From Iphione sp. A-MEVVRFRX5 (lineage: Eukaryota), in the NCBI GenBank assembly GCA_976226885.1, contig OZ320313.1:121892001-121956000 (forward strand): DNA of 64,000 bases, written 5' to 3'. Position numbers and translations under genes: made by a program. Under the pieces are notes generated by a model that saw only the letters and a list, made by a program, of their open reading frames with translations, was not told the origin of the DNA and searched no databases. Shown here piece after piece: positions 1 to 11,949 of this stretch. Every line of letters starts with the position of its first letter. Position 1 is the first letter of the stretch.

Positions 1-900
1 GATCTGGTATATCTCAGAGTACAACAATGCTAGGAAATCAGCCCTTCTCATCAGAATTGGCTTTAATACTGTGGTCGGGATGCTGCATATACCAGATGAC
101 TTATCAAGACATATTTTCTTCACAATGTCCTTGATATCTGTTGGCAATGGCATCCTTATCTCAAACCCGTCCATGGTTCTAAGATCGGCTTCTGAACTGG
201 TGGCCAGTGAGTCAGGCACCAGCTTGTGTACTTCATCTATGAAGTACCGATTGAGTCTTTCAGGTATCATCAGGTACCGTTTTGTTAGCCCCTTTTCAGC
301 AAAGAACCTTGTTTAGAATTTTCCATAAACCGCCTGAATCCCCACTTGCATCCTCTAATCTCGAGGCCCTGTATCCTTTCCTTTCTTGTGCTATCACCTG
401 CTTTAGTTCACCATTTAGGTGCTTAAAGATCCTCAAGGCATCCAGGTCCCCACGTGTTTTCCACCTCCAATGGAAGTGCGGTCTGTCTCATACCAGCTCC
501 ATCACACCTGGGCTCATCACGTATCCATCCTTACATGACTGCACCCAAATATTCTTCTCAGGGCATTCCTCCTCCAAGATCTTCTGCAGATTCTCCTCAT
601 AGATTTCCCAGGCTTTTTCATGGTGTCCTTCCAGTTTCATCGCTTCCCCTCTCAGTCTTGCTTCCAGAATGTTGTGGTCCACCTCTTTCCAGCTCCTGAC
701 TGTTATCTGTTTTCTCTCGATATGCAGCTTGCTTTTCTTCAGAACACAAGACCGGTAGGTGGTCACTTAGGTACCACTAAAGAGTTACTTGGCTAGAAAT
801 ACCTTTAAACCAGATATGATCAGGCAATGTGAATTCTCAACCATCGTTCCTGCATCACAAACCTGGAGAAATCCTTTGCCAGCAAACAGGTCAGTATGCC
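1..900 (-). pseudogene. APE C-terminus, linker and start of RT of the decayed LINE
   Basis: TDLFAGKGFLQVCDAGTMVENSHC/DHIWFKG/SDHLP vs LSGLGLAQVIHGSTMVEGIHCNDQIWVN/SDHWP. RKQITVRSWKEV..EECPEK vs KEVIVRKWSEV..YQCPER. IPTTVLKPILMRRADFL vs VPTRILKPVLMNMADFV in the 28954-31698 ORF. Confidence 0.85.
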
Positions 901-1451
901 TTTGTTGTCAATACATACAGGATAATCCAGGCTTGGTATGATGAGACCATACCTCATCGCAGTCATCTGGGCATACATGTTGTGGCATGTGATTACGCTA
1001 TTCAAAATGAGTTGTTCATTGTTGTCGATGTCTGGCTCGACTCTTGACAGTAGCATCCCCGAGATTGGGCATATGACTAACTTTGGTCCTGAGTTGACTG
1101 GACCAGCAATCCAGTTATGAATTCAGCACTCATAATGCCAGAGTCTCTCAATATACTCCATAGTGCTCCGGTATCGCAGTGTCAATTGCCCGGTCTCATA
1201 CCTTAATAGCTCATGCATACCCAGGCAGATCATCTCTAAGTCATAGGTTGATGTATCAAAGTACAAGCACCTGCTCCATAGTCGCTTGTAAGAAGGTTTC
1301 ACTGCGATGATCCAGTCCAAGTCCAGGTCAATTGGTGGTAGGCCTTCATCCTTAAGATCCATCACAGCTTCATCGACCCGGCTATCCACAACCATCAGCA
1401 CTCTTGTTCGCCGTTGTCCAGGGCCCGTTATGCCCTTCCGAATTGAATATT
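900..1451 (-). pseudogene. SGNH-hydrolase-like frame (frameshifted, C-terminally deleted)
   Basis: RVLMVVDSRV, YDLEMICLGMHE and SRVEPDIDNNEQLILNSVITCHNMYAQMTAMRYGLIIPSLDYPVC match 32328-33011 (KVLIVYDYRA, YDLVIVVMGIYA, ERAEPDCDFEVEQLRLNAYINTHNLFAEATARELGMVPCYLDHPIC). Confidence 0.85.
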
Positions 1452-1599
1452 CTGCCAAGAAAACAGAGAAGGGAGAGCATGGTGGGTACTAGCGTTGCAA
1501 CATACAATGTACTAGACTATGTGGTAGCAAACTACCACTCATCATACACTGCTTATTTTGGCACAGTGTCCTGCAGATGTCATTCAGAAGGATTATGCG

Positions 1600-1900
1600 T
1601 CAATGACTCCCGAGCCCTTCATCCTGAATTTTCATCAGCACAAAGAATTTTCTCTCAATTTACCTCTAAATTCCTGCTCCATTCTTCTGTTCCTGCTAAT
1701 TTGTTTCCCGAGCATCATGCGTCCCAGCCACTTTCACAAGAGGCAACGTCCTTGACCTTTGTCTTGTCGTTAGTGGTGCACACTTTCATTGTTTGCAACA
1801 CAGTTTCACAATTGTCATATTCATACCCATCAACAAACATCAGGGCGTGCTCAAATGGAGAAAGACTCCGGGACTTTGACCAAAATGCTCCGGGGCAATG
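1600..1900 (-). pseudogene. NADAR-domain remnant (ORF1 C-terminus)
   Basis: FWSKSRSLSPFEHALMFVDGYEYDNCETVLQTMKVCTTNDKTKVKDVASCESGWDA*CSGNKLAGTEEW aligns with YFTKDTDNLSMEEKSPVSHNGTWYENAELAYQTEKARVCGDEKAILELRNCTSGFEARRIGNQIQTNEKW. In-frame stops present. Confidence 0.8.
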
Positions 1901-2160
1901 GACGCAGGTGATAGGGACAGATCAGCGTGAACCAGTAGAGGGGCAGGTATAGAAAGGAACTGTAATTACTCAGGAACTACTGCACATAAATGGATGGGAT
2001 TTCGACCAAAATGCTCCGGGGCAATGGACGCCAGTGATAGGGGGCGGTTAGGGTGACCCAGTTCATGGGTTTGTAAAGAGAAAAATTGTGATAACTTGCA
2101 AACTATTCTACATAGAAGGATAGGACTTTAACCAAATATGTCTAGGGATGCCCTGGCCAC
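1871..2160. repeat. Degenerate 126-bp tandem repeat (two units plus a partial third)
   Basis: ggactttgaccaaaatgctccggggcaatggacgc at 1871, ggatttcgaccaaaatgctccggggcaatggacgc at 1997, ggactttaaccaaatatg at 2123. Confidence 0.75.
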
Positions 2161-2304
2161 TCTTCAGCAGATCGCACACTTGAAGCTAAGGTAACTGTAT
2201 AATTCTAACTCGCCCCCACCCCGATAGGGGGCAGCAGAGGTGAGAGATTTATGCGTCCTGAGAAGCACCTGAGAGGGCTACAGTAGTAACCAAAAAAATT
2301 CATA

Positions 2305-4125
2305 CTTACAAGGTTGAGGGAGAATATCCTTCAGGTAGAATTGCTTGAACGTATTCTGGTGTGACCACATTCCCTTCTTGAGGATTTCGTGAAGTGGTAC
2401 ACCCTGTGAGTGTAACTTCGAGGCTGATGCTGCTCAAGTGCTGTGTGCTGAGAACAATGTTGTGTCTACTCCTGCTCTAGGGAGCACTTCCCTAACCCAC
2501 CTAGCCAGTGATGCTGTAGTGACCGAGTGATAAGGGGGTATATAGCTGACCAAGAGACCCTTCCTGTCTGCTCAAATGTTCTTTCAAGGTACTCTTTCAA
2601 ATGTGAGGTAACGCATAATGCCAGATCTTGTGGATAAGGAGCTAAAATGATATGGCTGGGAGCCTTACCCTGTGTTTAAGTGGCTGTGTGAAATTAACTT
2701 GAACTGTGCCTACACCAATAAAATGAATATTATCCAGTGCTATGTCATGGATCGTTTGCATTCTGCCACAAGCAGCTAACAATAACAGCATAGTAAATTT
2801 TAACGTCAACTGTTTCAAAGATAACGAAGCGCACGGGAACCAGTGCCTTAACCCCTTCTAGACCGTCCATTGGATCATATATGATCGATAAGCTTCAAGC
2901 CAGCAGTTAGATAAGTCATATTTGATGGATTTTTTTAATTTTTTGAATGTAATTAGATCACATTGTGAGGTATTCATTTTCACTTAAAGCTTTGTAAAAA
3001 ATACACTGGGTCACCATGGAAAAATAGTTACATGACTTGTAAGAATCCCTAAATTCAGCATATTTACATATTTTTATACAAATATCAAATAATTATGTCT
3101 TAAACTTGAAAAAGGCAGATAATTATTCATTATATTAGCAAAGTAGCCCTCTGAAATACTACAGGGGTTATCCCTATAACTTATCAAAAGTTTTTAATAA
3201 ATCATTAGTGGGAATAAAACTAAAAGGATAATGTATGATGTCCTATAACCTTCTTCATTAGGACATAGAATTACATGTAAATGTTGCATAATATTTCTGA
3301 TTAACATATACAGCTCTTATGTAAAAAAGACTCTTTTGTTAAGTTCTGTCATGAAAATGGTGAAGTACTTTTTAGTTTGTTTTGATGGGAGACATATTTG
3401 ACTAATACTCTTAAATCAATTGTGATTATATCCATTTTGGATATATCCCATGATGCATCAATGATGCTGATGCATATGGTTATGCACTATTTTTGTATGA
3501 AACATGTATACTTACAGACCAAGACAAAATGCATTCCAGATCACATACAGAGACAAATTAGGTATCAGAACATTGGAAATCACTTGCTGAACACTTTCTT
3601 AATTGAACATTTTCTTCTATGAGCAATATTTTTCTATGTTTATTATCAAGTTAGGTAAATAAGGGTAAATTAGATGTAAATTTCTGAAACTGTATCTCAC
3701 TTTCAATCCAGTCCTGTTGCCATGGCAACCAAATATGTCACATGATACAGTTTTAAAAATATCATGTAATCCAAGCGCTTTCAGTTGATATACAACATTA
3801 CAAGGTTATCCCCTGTATTAAACCCTGCAGCTAACCATGAGACATGTAACAACAGTTACCAATTCAAAAACCATCATTTTTGTCTGTCAGGAAGGGGTTA
3901 AAAAATCTAATACCAAGTCAACATCCCAAGTAACCTCAATTTGAGCCTGAGGTAGCCTGAGGTTAAACATGCCTGAAAGGATTCTAGTGGTGAGGTGATG
4001 CTGGGATTCTAGTGGTGAGGTGATGCTGGCCAATGAGTGGCTCCTCAATATCTGGCTTCATGGGATCAACATTTTGCAAAGCACAATAGGTATGCCATCT
4101 TCCCAAGTATGTGGAGTACTGATAG
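2305..4125 (-). pseudogene. DIRS tyrosine recombinase (interrupted by piggyBac MITE)
   Basis: YLGRWHTYCALQNVDP; VTWDVDLVLDFLRHW; LSLKQLTLKFTMLLLLAACGRMQTIH; LCVTSHLKEYLERT; LARWVREVLPRAGVDTTLFSAHST*AASAS; KKGMWSHQNTFKQFY. These are typical DIRS YR motifs. Confidence 0.85.
2852..3897. mobile_element. Non-autonomous piggyBac-type element
   Basis: TTAA at 2848-2851 and 3898-3901, CCCCTTC.../...GAAGGGG termini. Removing it rejoins the YR frame (DFLRHWFP). Confidence 0.85.
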
Positions 4126-4400
4126 ATCCATCCAACTTTTTCCTGGGGAATATTCTGGACTGATACGGTGAGGGTGGAGTGTCTATGACTATGACGTTCT
4201 TCTGCAGTAGATCTTCAACCTCCTTATTGATACCCTCTATTTCTTCTGCCGAAAGGTTCAATTGTGGGAAAAAAGGCCTCATGGGAGGCTCCATTGTGAA
4301 TTCAAGTTCAAGACCAGAAATGTATTATAAAATGTCAGGGTTTGAAGTAATTTCTTTCCAATTTTCTAGCCGTAAAGGTAAGTTGCCTGCCACGACCGTG
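4120..4400 (-). pseudogene. DIRS RT N-terminal stub
   Basis: AGNLPLRLENWKEITSNPDIL..GLELEF..EEIEGINKEVEDLLQKNVI..YQSRIFPRKKLDGS, then fused to the YR start. Confidence 0.8.
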
Positions 4401-4413
4401 TCAGAGGCGCTGC

Positions 4414-5603
4414 TTACTTCTTCGTTTGGTGTACCTGAAAATCCTGTATTGGTTCCGCATGTTGTTGTGGCCTAGGCTGGGATGGTGGCTGCGACCTGTA
4501 ATCCTGTCTGAATTTTGGTCTGTATGGTTGGTACCTGGGTCTGCCTCTGAAGGAGCCTGCACCTCTACGTACACCTTGGCCTCTCTGCTGTTTGAACGTC
4601 TTGGGCTTTTCAATCTTGACTGTTAGTTTGTTGACCACGTCTAACCTCTTGAGGCTGGATTCCAGTTTGTCCCCGAAGGGCCACCTTGGTGAAAGGGGAT
4701 TATCTTCTGCCGCCAGGCAAGGATTTTCTGCCTTTAGGCCACATTTCAAGTCTTCTCTTCTTGCTTTAAGTAGTTCTGCATTAGTGGCTCCATACAAATG
4801 TAACATCTCAAGGATAGCCTTCGTTGGCTGCTTCAGGGTCGTATCTGTCTGGGCTAGAGTCAGCAAGGGGGCCAGTCCCAATATCAGTGCCATTTGTCCC
4901 ATCACCAGAATCGATTGGACTTTTTGAAGATTTCTGTCTCTTTCCTCGAAGGGTTTTGCCCAAGCAGGCCAAATAGGCTCATTGACCTTCGTGATTTGCA
5001 GCCAATTGCAGTTTGCGGGCCTAGGGTTTTCCTTTCTCTTAACTGACAGGTCCTCCATTGCAATAGTCTTGGCTTGTATCTTGTTGACCAGACTAGCCAT
5101 GTTATCTGGAATCTTGGCACGGGTTTTGTCATCTTCAAAACTTTGGCGTTCAAATTCATCCAAGAGATCTTCGGGTTCAGATCCTGCATCTGATAATGCA
5201 TTGGGTGGCCCATGTGAAGGCAACAATTCCTCCATCAGACCAGATATGGAGGCATCAGAATGGTTATCTTCGGTTGAAGTGCTTGGTAATACCTCACTGG
5301 TATCTAATGAATCAGGGCATAACGTTTGGAACCCTTCATTCATTGAATCAGCCATCTGGACCATGGTATCTTGCATGTCTGATCTAAATCCTGCCATGTT
5401 ACTGTTTGATTTCTCCAGGGCCGAGAGAAGCGCAGCATTAATGTTTGCCACAGACGTGTCTTTCTGGGGCAGTTCTGATTCCTCCTGGGATTTAACAGGT
5501 TTTGGTGCAGGCTCTTTTCCCTTAGCAGAATTGGGTTTAGAGCTTCCCTTTCTCTTAGAAGAAGTTTTTTTTCAGTAGGGATTTCAGTCACCGAAACTTC
5601 CAT
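4414..5603 (-). CDS. DIRS gag-like protein; 345-aa open frame, probable true start at 5603 separated by a frameshift in an A8 run (~5565-5572)
   Basis: PRPANCNWLQITKVNEPIW, DRNLQKVQ, LYGATNAELLKARREDLK and FGDKLESSLK are characteristic of DIRS gag, and the frame lies directly upstream of the RT stub. Confidence 0.8.
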
Positions 5604-6089
5604 AACCTATTCTTCTGTCGGTGGTGTTGACATATTGGCTTCACAAAATATCGAAACAAAGCCTAATTCAGGGTAAATTGTAAGTAACCCTATACAAAAG
5701 CCTCAATAAACCTTGAAGACAAGCGAAAATTAAATCGGAGAAGCAAAATTCCTCTGCCGCCAGACCTCAGACTCTGCCAACTAGCATACAGAGTTTGCTG
5801 CGTGATGAGCCAAAGCCGCCGTGCAGGAGGGACAATTCGTTAATCTTCAAAAAACTAACAAATTGGAACTAGAAAAAGTTGTCAATAAGGTCTATACAGT
5901 AAAAACCTCAACAATCAGTGAAAAGAGCAAATTGATTTGTATAAATGAACCAGGAATTTTGAAAAAACTCACAACACTCGAGCAGCATGTCTGACGTCGC
6001 TTGACGAATGCTCTGATGTTGCCATCTGCAGGACGCCACATTTCACCTCTGCCGCCCCCTATCTGAGTGGTGGCGAGTTAGAGTTCAGA

Positions 6090-6900
6090 TAAATCCAAAT
6101 TAGATGGATGGACCTATCAGGTTTGCTCCTCAGGAAAATTTTCAACTGGAATGGAGAAGGAAGATTATCTGGAAGAATGACTCCCTGTTGTAGTAGGTCC
6201 TCTACTGCTTGAGTAATGTTAGTTGATTCCACATCAGCAAACTCTTAATACCTTAAGGAATCTTCTAGATGAAGGCTGGCAATGGAACTCTAACATAATA
6301 CCACGAACAATGTTCGAGGTTAAATGAAATGCTTTCCTAAACATAATCTTTATAAACTAATTTGCCTGCCTCAAAACCACTGGAGTTTACTTCATGGGAG
6401 TCTTCCCCCAAATCCTGATGTTGGTCAGAAGAGAAGGGAGTCTGCGACAAAGTGCTATGTTGATACTTCTCATTAAAGTAGGGCCTGTAAGGCTGAAATC
6501 TTGCCTCAGCCACATTTATTGAATTTACTTTATTTATTTACTGAATTGAATTTACTGAATTTGCTTCAGTTGGTCTTGCCCATCTTGGTGCAATCCACCA
6601 TGTGGGTTAACTTGTTCACCATATCAAGCATCTTGAGTGATCCTTCCAAACTGCCACCAAACAAAAATTTTTGACACACAAGGTGATCTTCAGACCCCAG
6701 GTGATGGTATTCTGCCTTCTGAGTGAAACGGATGCAATCCCAATGTGTCTTAATCAAATCTGAGTTTGTGCCTCCAAAAAGGCAAAGTGCATCAAGCAGC
6801 ATATTCAGTACTGGCTGAAGTGACAGGTCCTTTTTAGCTGCTTTCACAATCATCATAGTGCCTTTTATCAGCATTGCCTTCCCCAGATGTCCCACCACCT
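6090..6900 (-). pseudogene. Second, older DIRS relic (gag C-terminus + RT start)
   Basis: LLDALCLFGGTNSDLIK..FLFGGSLEGSLKMLDMVNKL (6566-6964 ORF); RFQPYRP; TQAVEDLLQQGVILPDNLPSPFQLKIFLRSKPDRSI. All parallel the first DIRS. Confidence 0.75.
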
Positions 6901-8552
6901 GCCACATATTCACACGTATAGTTAGACAGATATAAGCCCTAATCCAAAACATAAAATGATACATGTCCTCTCCAACTACCGCTAAGGTGCATAACAGTGG
7001 TCACACATCAACTGACAGCCAGGGATAAAGACCGTACAACTGCATGATGCTTACATCTGTTTTACTACTGGGGCACTTTAAGTCAGATTCTACCTCTTGG
7101 TGGGCAAAGGAGACCAGCACAAATATAAAACCAGACGGTTTTACAAAAACTAGCTATGGGTGTTTTGCATGTTTATAAAAAGATGAACACAGCAAAACAG
7201 ACATGAAAAGCACATCAATTTACTATGAATGGAAACTTTTACCTAACATGACATGCAAAAAAAACACAGAACTGACAGTGGCCCCAAGGCATGGCAGAGA
7301 GTGCAATATTACCTGCTGCTTCTCAATGGAAAGACAAGTAGAGTTGCTTATAAGCAAAACATTGCAGGCAAGAACGACCGCCTAATTGACCTTTAATCCT
7401 CTCGTGGATGGACTCTCTTCCTAAATCTAAGTTGCTAGGCATTTAGTACATTCTGACAAAAAATGCTCCAATTTTTACGGTTAGGGTATATGGGCTGTTA
7501 CACCAGTGGCATGGAAAAAACACGAATCTACATATGTCCTTCAAAATAACCAATAGTAATAAAATATGCATTGTAAGAAGGTAGTGGTTTTTGCACTCAG
7601 CAGCTGTTCACATTCGCAAACAGTTGGGATCAGGTTCCAATTTAATGACTGCTTCTGTATTATTCATCACCTTTTCGGCTTGATTCCCTGACCTGATTAG
7701 ATTACACTGCCGTTTCTCTGGACTGGCTTGCAGACTGCTTTAGTAGAGTCATAAAGTCCAGTGATGATTTCAACTACTCTATGTGCAAAAGAGAGAGATC
7801 AGACTGTGGAGATGGTTTTGTTGAGGTACTAGGCAGGGCCATCTTCCTATCATTTAAAAATGACACCATTTTCACGCATCGCCCATCACAGCTCTGCACT
7901 GGCCGACAGTCTGCTCTCCCTCAACCCCACCCCCCCCCATCAATCTCACTTCGCCAGGGTGTACATAGACACGAGAGGGAGCCAAAACCAAGAGACTGCG
8001 GCAATATTCCAGCTGATATAGAAACCCATGAGAGTAGGTTCTCATGTTGAAGTACAAAAAAACACACACCTCTTTTCACCTCTGTACCTCTCCTGTCCTA
8101 CTGATCACGTCTATTTCACTAGCTGAATTCTTTTCCACTCATCTACACTTCTGCTAGCTTCCCATCTTGGCTAACTGGATGTCTCTTTCACCAGCTCCAC
8201 AGCTCTTCTGACGCTAACATGCCTCTCTCATGACCCTCACCCAGCGTCCACTGCTTAGCTTATAAACTTCTGCTAGTTACAGTAGTAGATATTTGCCAGA
8301 CAGACAATTTTAAATTCCCTTACTTTTCCCTGACTGATGATCAATTTTCTCATACCAAAACAGTACAGAAATGATTTCCTGCTGCCCCTTCAGCTACCTA
8401 ATCTTCCCTTTTAGTACTATTTCAACCAATGAGGTACATTTGGAGCAATCATATATTTGGAGCAATTACACAAAAAACGTTTTTCTTACACACTTTTCTT
8501 ATTGCATCCTGGGTTTATAAGAGCTGCTCGAGTACCAAGTGTCACCAACTAT

Positions 8553-9501
8553 GGACCCATCGATTGAAAATAGGTGAACCTAGTGAATTAGACCTATATA
8601 TGCCATTCCTCGACATTCAGGGTCCCCACTTAAATTTCATTTTCAAATTCCCTTTGTTTTCCCTGAGTTTTCCCTGTGCCATGGCAGTTTTCCCTGTGTT
8701 GGTTTCTGTACAACTATAACTTTGAATTATCAAATTATAATTCAAGTTTACTGTTCTCTAGTATGCAATATGTATCTTTTTTGTATCATAAGTTACAAGG
8801 TCCAGTGTCAGGTGCAGCATTGTAAAAATTAGAACTATAAATTCTTTTATATCCTAATACAATGTATTCCATGACTTAAGATTCACTCCAGTGTGACACA
8901 GGTCATTATGCTGTCAGAAAGCCAAAGGAAAATAGAAGCAGTTAATCTTTATGACTGTCATGAAGTATTTCTTGCTATTTGATAACATATGGATGATTTT
9001 TGAATTAAAAATGTTGACCTTGTCTTAACCTATTTAATTGATGTTCATAATTTTTTTCCCTGTTTTCCCTGTGTTTGCCCCAAATTTTCAAATTCCCTGT
9101 TTTCCCGGACAGGGAATTTGTTTGGCCATTTTCCCTGTTTTCCCTGTGCAGAGGGGAACCCTGGACATTGGTTGAGAGTCTGGGGTAAATCCTCTGTAAA
9201 ATGTCTTACTTTGACCTGCTGCAGTTTCTTATTTCTCCACAAAAATCTCTCAAAATCTGAGTGAATAATCTTTAATATGTTAGCTATATGCCAAACTATT
9301 TTTTCCTACCTTCCATGGTTTTATCAAAGTGGCCGAAGAAATATCACCTTCTATCTTCTAGTCTCTCAGCTACACCATGTGGGGATGTTTGTAGGAGGAT
9401 TTTTCATTGCCCATGTGCAGAGCACTAGTTGCTACAGCAACAGGCCACTCCCCATCCGGTTTAGTAAAATGTGTCGTTGTAACGCAATAATCGACAGGTC
9501 C
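8553..9501. mobile_element. MITE with GGACCCATCG-type TIRs, AT on both flanks (same family as 20752-21169), carrying a nested insertion
   Basis: at|ggacccatcgattg ... atcgacaggtcc|at. Internal sequence colinear with 20752-21169. Confidence 0.75.
8618..9163. mobile_element. MITE with CAGGG termini and 6-bp TSD (GACATT)
   Basis: gacatt|cagggtcccc ... ggggaaccctg|gacatt. The related copy at ~20815 lacks the insert. Confidence 0.75.
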
Positions 9502-11949
9502 ATTGTAAAGAGTATTTGAAATTCATTCCACTGTAATGACAGTTTAATACTTGACAATACTAGTTAAACAAAGTTAATACCCATGGCAGTGTGCTGAATG
9601 TGCCATCAGCAGCTCACGAGATTACTTTGAGTTCAATGAGTCACACATTGGCCGGGATGACTCAGGTATGTCTCCAATATTTGAGGTGCATGCAATCGGA
9701 TGTGAATCAATCAGATTCCCTTGTTAATCAGGTGAAAATTATTGCTGACGGTTGCTTCGAGCATTTTTTGTCTGGGTCCAGCTTGCCCACTCGCCCAAGC
9801 CCATTTCACAGCACTTCACTGTCAGCAGAAACCTTGTCCTACAGTGCCCATCCCGTTCTGCCCCTGCCACTGCATTCAGTCCATCCCTCACACAGTCGTC
9901 TACCCACAGCAACCCTCTCCAGTCGTCTACCCACAGCAACCCTCTCCATCATTTACTGAGGACAATGGTGGAGATCTTATAGGCTAGAATCCACTTGCTA
10001 CCACTAACTAAATTTCCCACTAACGGGACATTCATAATAAATCAATTTTAAAATGCGGAAAACACATCTGAAATCATTCGGAGATCCGGAAGTGTCATCT
10101 TACACTTAAGAATTTATTCTATTTCCATTTTTCACAGACCAAAGTCAGTTTCATCCCGACCCCTTTCGTATTTCGCAGAATGATGATTTTCACTGACCAA
10201 ATCAAATTCCTTGACTTTTCCTGACACTAAAGAAAGTATTTTGACTGATGTTTTCCTTACCTGTGGGAAGCCTGTTCTGGGGTCTAAAGGTAAAGGTTCT
10301 AGTCATCATCCGACTGGAATTCATGCCCATGTGATCTGTCAACTGCCCAATGTGCAGCAGGCATCAAAATGATGGGAAGCTGGACGGTTGTCAAAGAATG
10401 CTTTTTTTCAAATCAGTTATAACTAGTCATCTCTGATGACAATACAGACAGTACATGTATTATGTGTTGTTTTATACAGAAAGAACTAAAGGTCATTAAT
10501 TACAGGTTTGGGAATCTTGTGTTCAATAGTTTTTAAGTTATGAATGTTCCAAAATTGCCACTTCAGGCCTTGACAAGTACAGCTTTGCGAATGTTCATCT
10601 CCTATCAAAGTGTGTTTACCACGTCAAGAAGCACGCAGAGCTTCCCTGGAAAAGCCATATGGTAAAGTCCAGCAAGGCCCAAGGAGCAAAGGCAATGTGT
10701 TTAACAGTGATCGGTTGGTTAACAATAAACATATTGCAATATGCATAAAAAAATTTGCTGTTGCTCATATCCAGTTAAAGTATATACACCCATTCCTGCT
10801 TAGTTGATCCTCAATAACCGAATTCCTTGGTGAAACAAAATAATGTTACATTAATTCTAAAATACACATATCCCATCATTTTCCATATGCCGCACTTTTA
10901 TAACTAACTAGAAAGGAGGCTAGGAAGGTAAAATGGCCAACTATAAGCACTTAGATATTTGGATATCAGCCATTTGTTATCATCGCAAGATATCTTTATG
11001 AGAGCTAGGCATCTTTCAAATACATTTCAGTATAATGTGAAGTTTTCTGATTTAACCTGCAGTATAATAATCTGTGGAGTGATTTTGTCATCTTTAAAAC
11101 GCGGGCAGAGAAGGGCAGACAAACATAAATCTAGCTAGAGAGAGAAAATGCTTTGAACTAAAGGAAAAGTCTGTTTCCCTAGTAATGTCGGTAGTGAGAA
11201 GTATCCAAAAATTGGCACTTGCGTGTAAACGATAAAAAAGGACACCGGGCTACGAGGTATATAGTTCCATGTCACTCATTCCGTCATATGAAACTGATTA
11301 GTTCTGCCTAGGTGAGCACACCATGACAGCTACATGCCTTGCAACCACCACACTGTTTGTCATTGTGTGTTTGTGTATAGAATCTGAATGAGGAACTTCT
11401 CTATTTTGGTATTAAGATAATTTCAAATGCAATAGTTTCAACTGAGTATCAAGCATTCATGTAATAAAATAATGTACTAGAAAATCAGTCCGTTTGAATT
11501 AAGGGTACTGAAGTTATATGACCAACAAGACTGTGATAGAAAGTCAGATGGTTGGACAACAGTATTCCTAGGTCCCCCCACTTTTCTGTGAGGCAACGGA
11601 CAGAAATGCCGATTATTAGTGCATAGGACTTAAGTTAGTCCATGGACTAACTTTTCTGTAGCTTAAACCAGGTTAAGTTAGTCCCCCTGACAGGGCTAGA
11701 GTAGGATTTGTTAAGTTGTGTATTTTTGTAGTGTGTATTCTGCCTACTACGTCATATACATGTAACCCTCATTTTATCATGCTGCAATCACACCTTTTCT
11801 ACATAAAATGAGACTGTGCTCGTCATATCAAAATAGTTTAAAAGCATGGGTATTACTAATCTAATTTATTTTAAACAGAAATGGTTTGTACCATTTACAC
11901 AAAAATTGATAATCATTATGGCGACACAGGGTAAAGTCTGAGGGCAGAC

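Larger units (their letters stand above)
1..2160 (-). mobile_element. Decayed non-LTR retrotransposon of the same NADAR/SGNH/APE-RT family as 28331-35145 (runs off window start)
   Basis: Minus-strand translations align by eye, in the same order, with all three modules of the intact element: NADAR, SGNH-like, APE C-terminus, linker and RT N-terminus. Stops, frameshifts and an internal deletion near 900. Confidence 0.85.
2201..6085 (-). mobile_element. DIRS-type tyrosine-recombinase retrotransposon, internal-deletion derivative with inverted terminal repeats
   Basis: ITR-like ends: aattctaactcgcccccaccccgatagggggcagcagaggtga (2201+) is the near reverse complement of tcacctctgccgccccctatctgagtggtggcgagttagagtt (to 6085). 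Contains gag, an RT stub and YR. Most of RT, plus RNase H and methyltransferase, is missing. Confidence 0.8.

Noticed and set aside
1404-1952. 182-aa plus-strand ORF, and similar ORFs at 4982-5578, 15906-16535, 29354-29812, 30284-30592, 33915-34412, 52876-53454
   Set aside because: They are antisense shadows of recognisable minus-strand TE genes, with no independent motifs.
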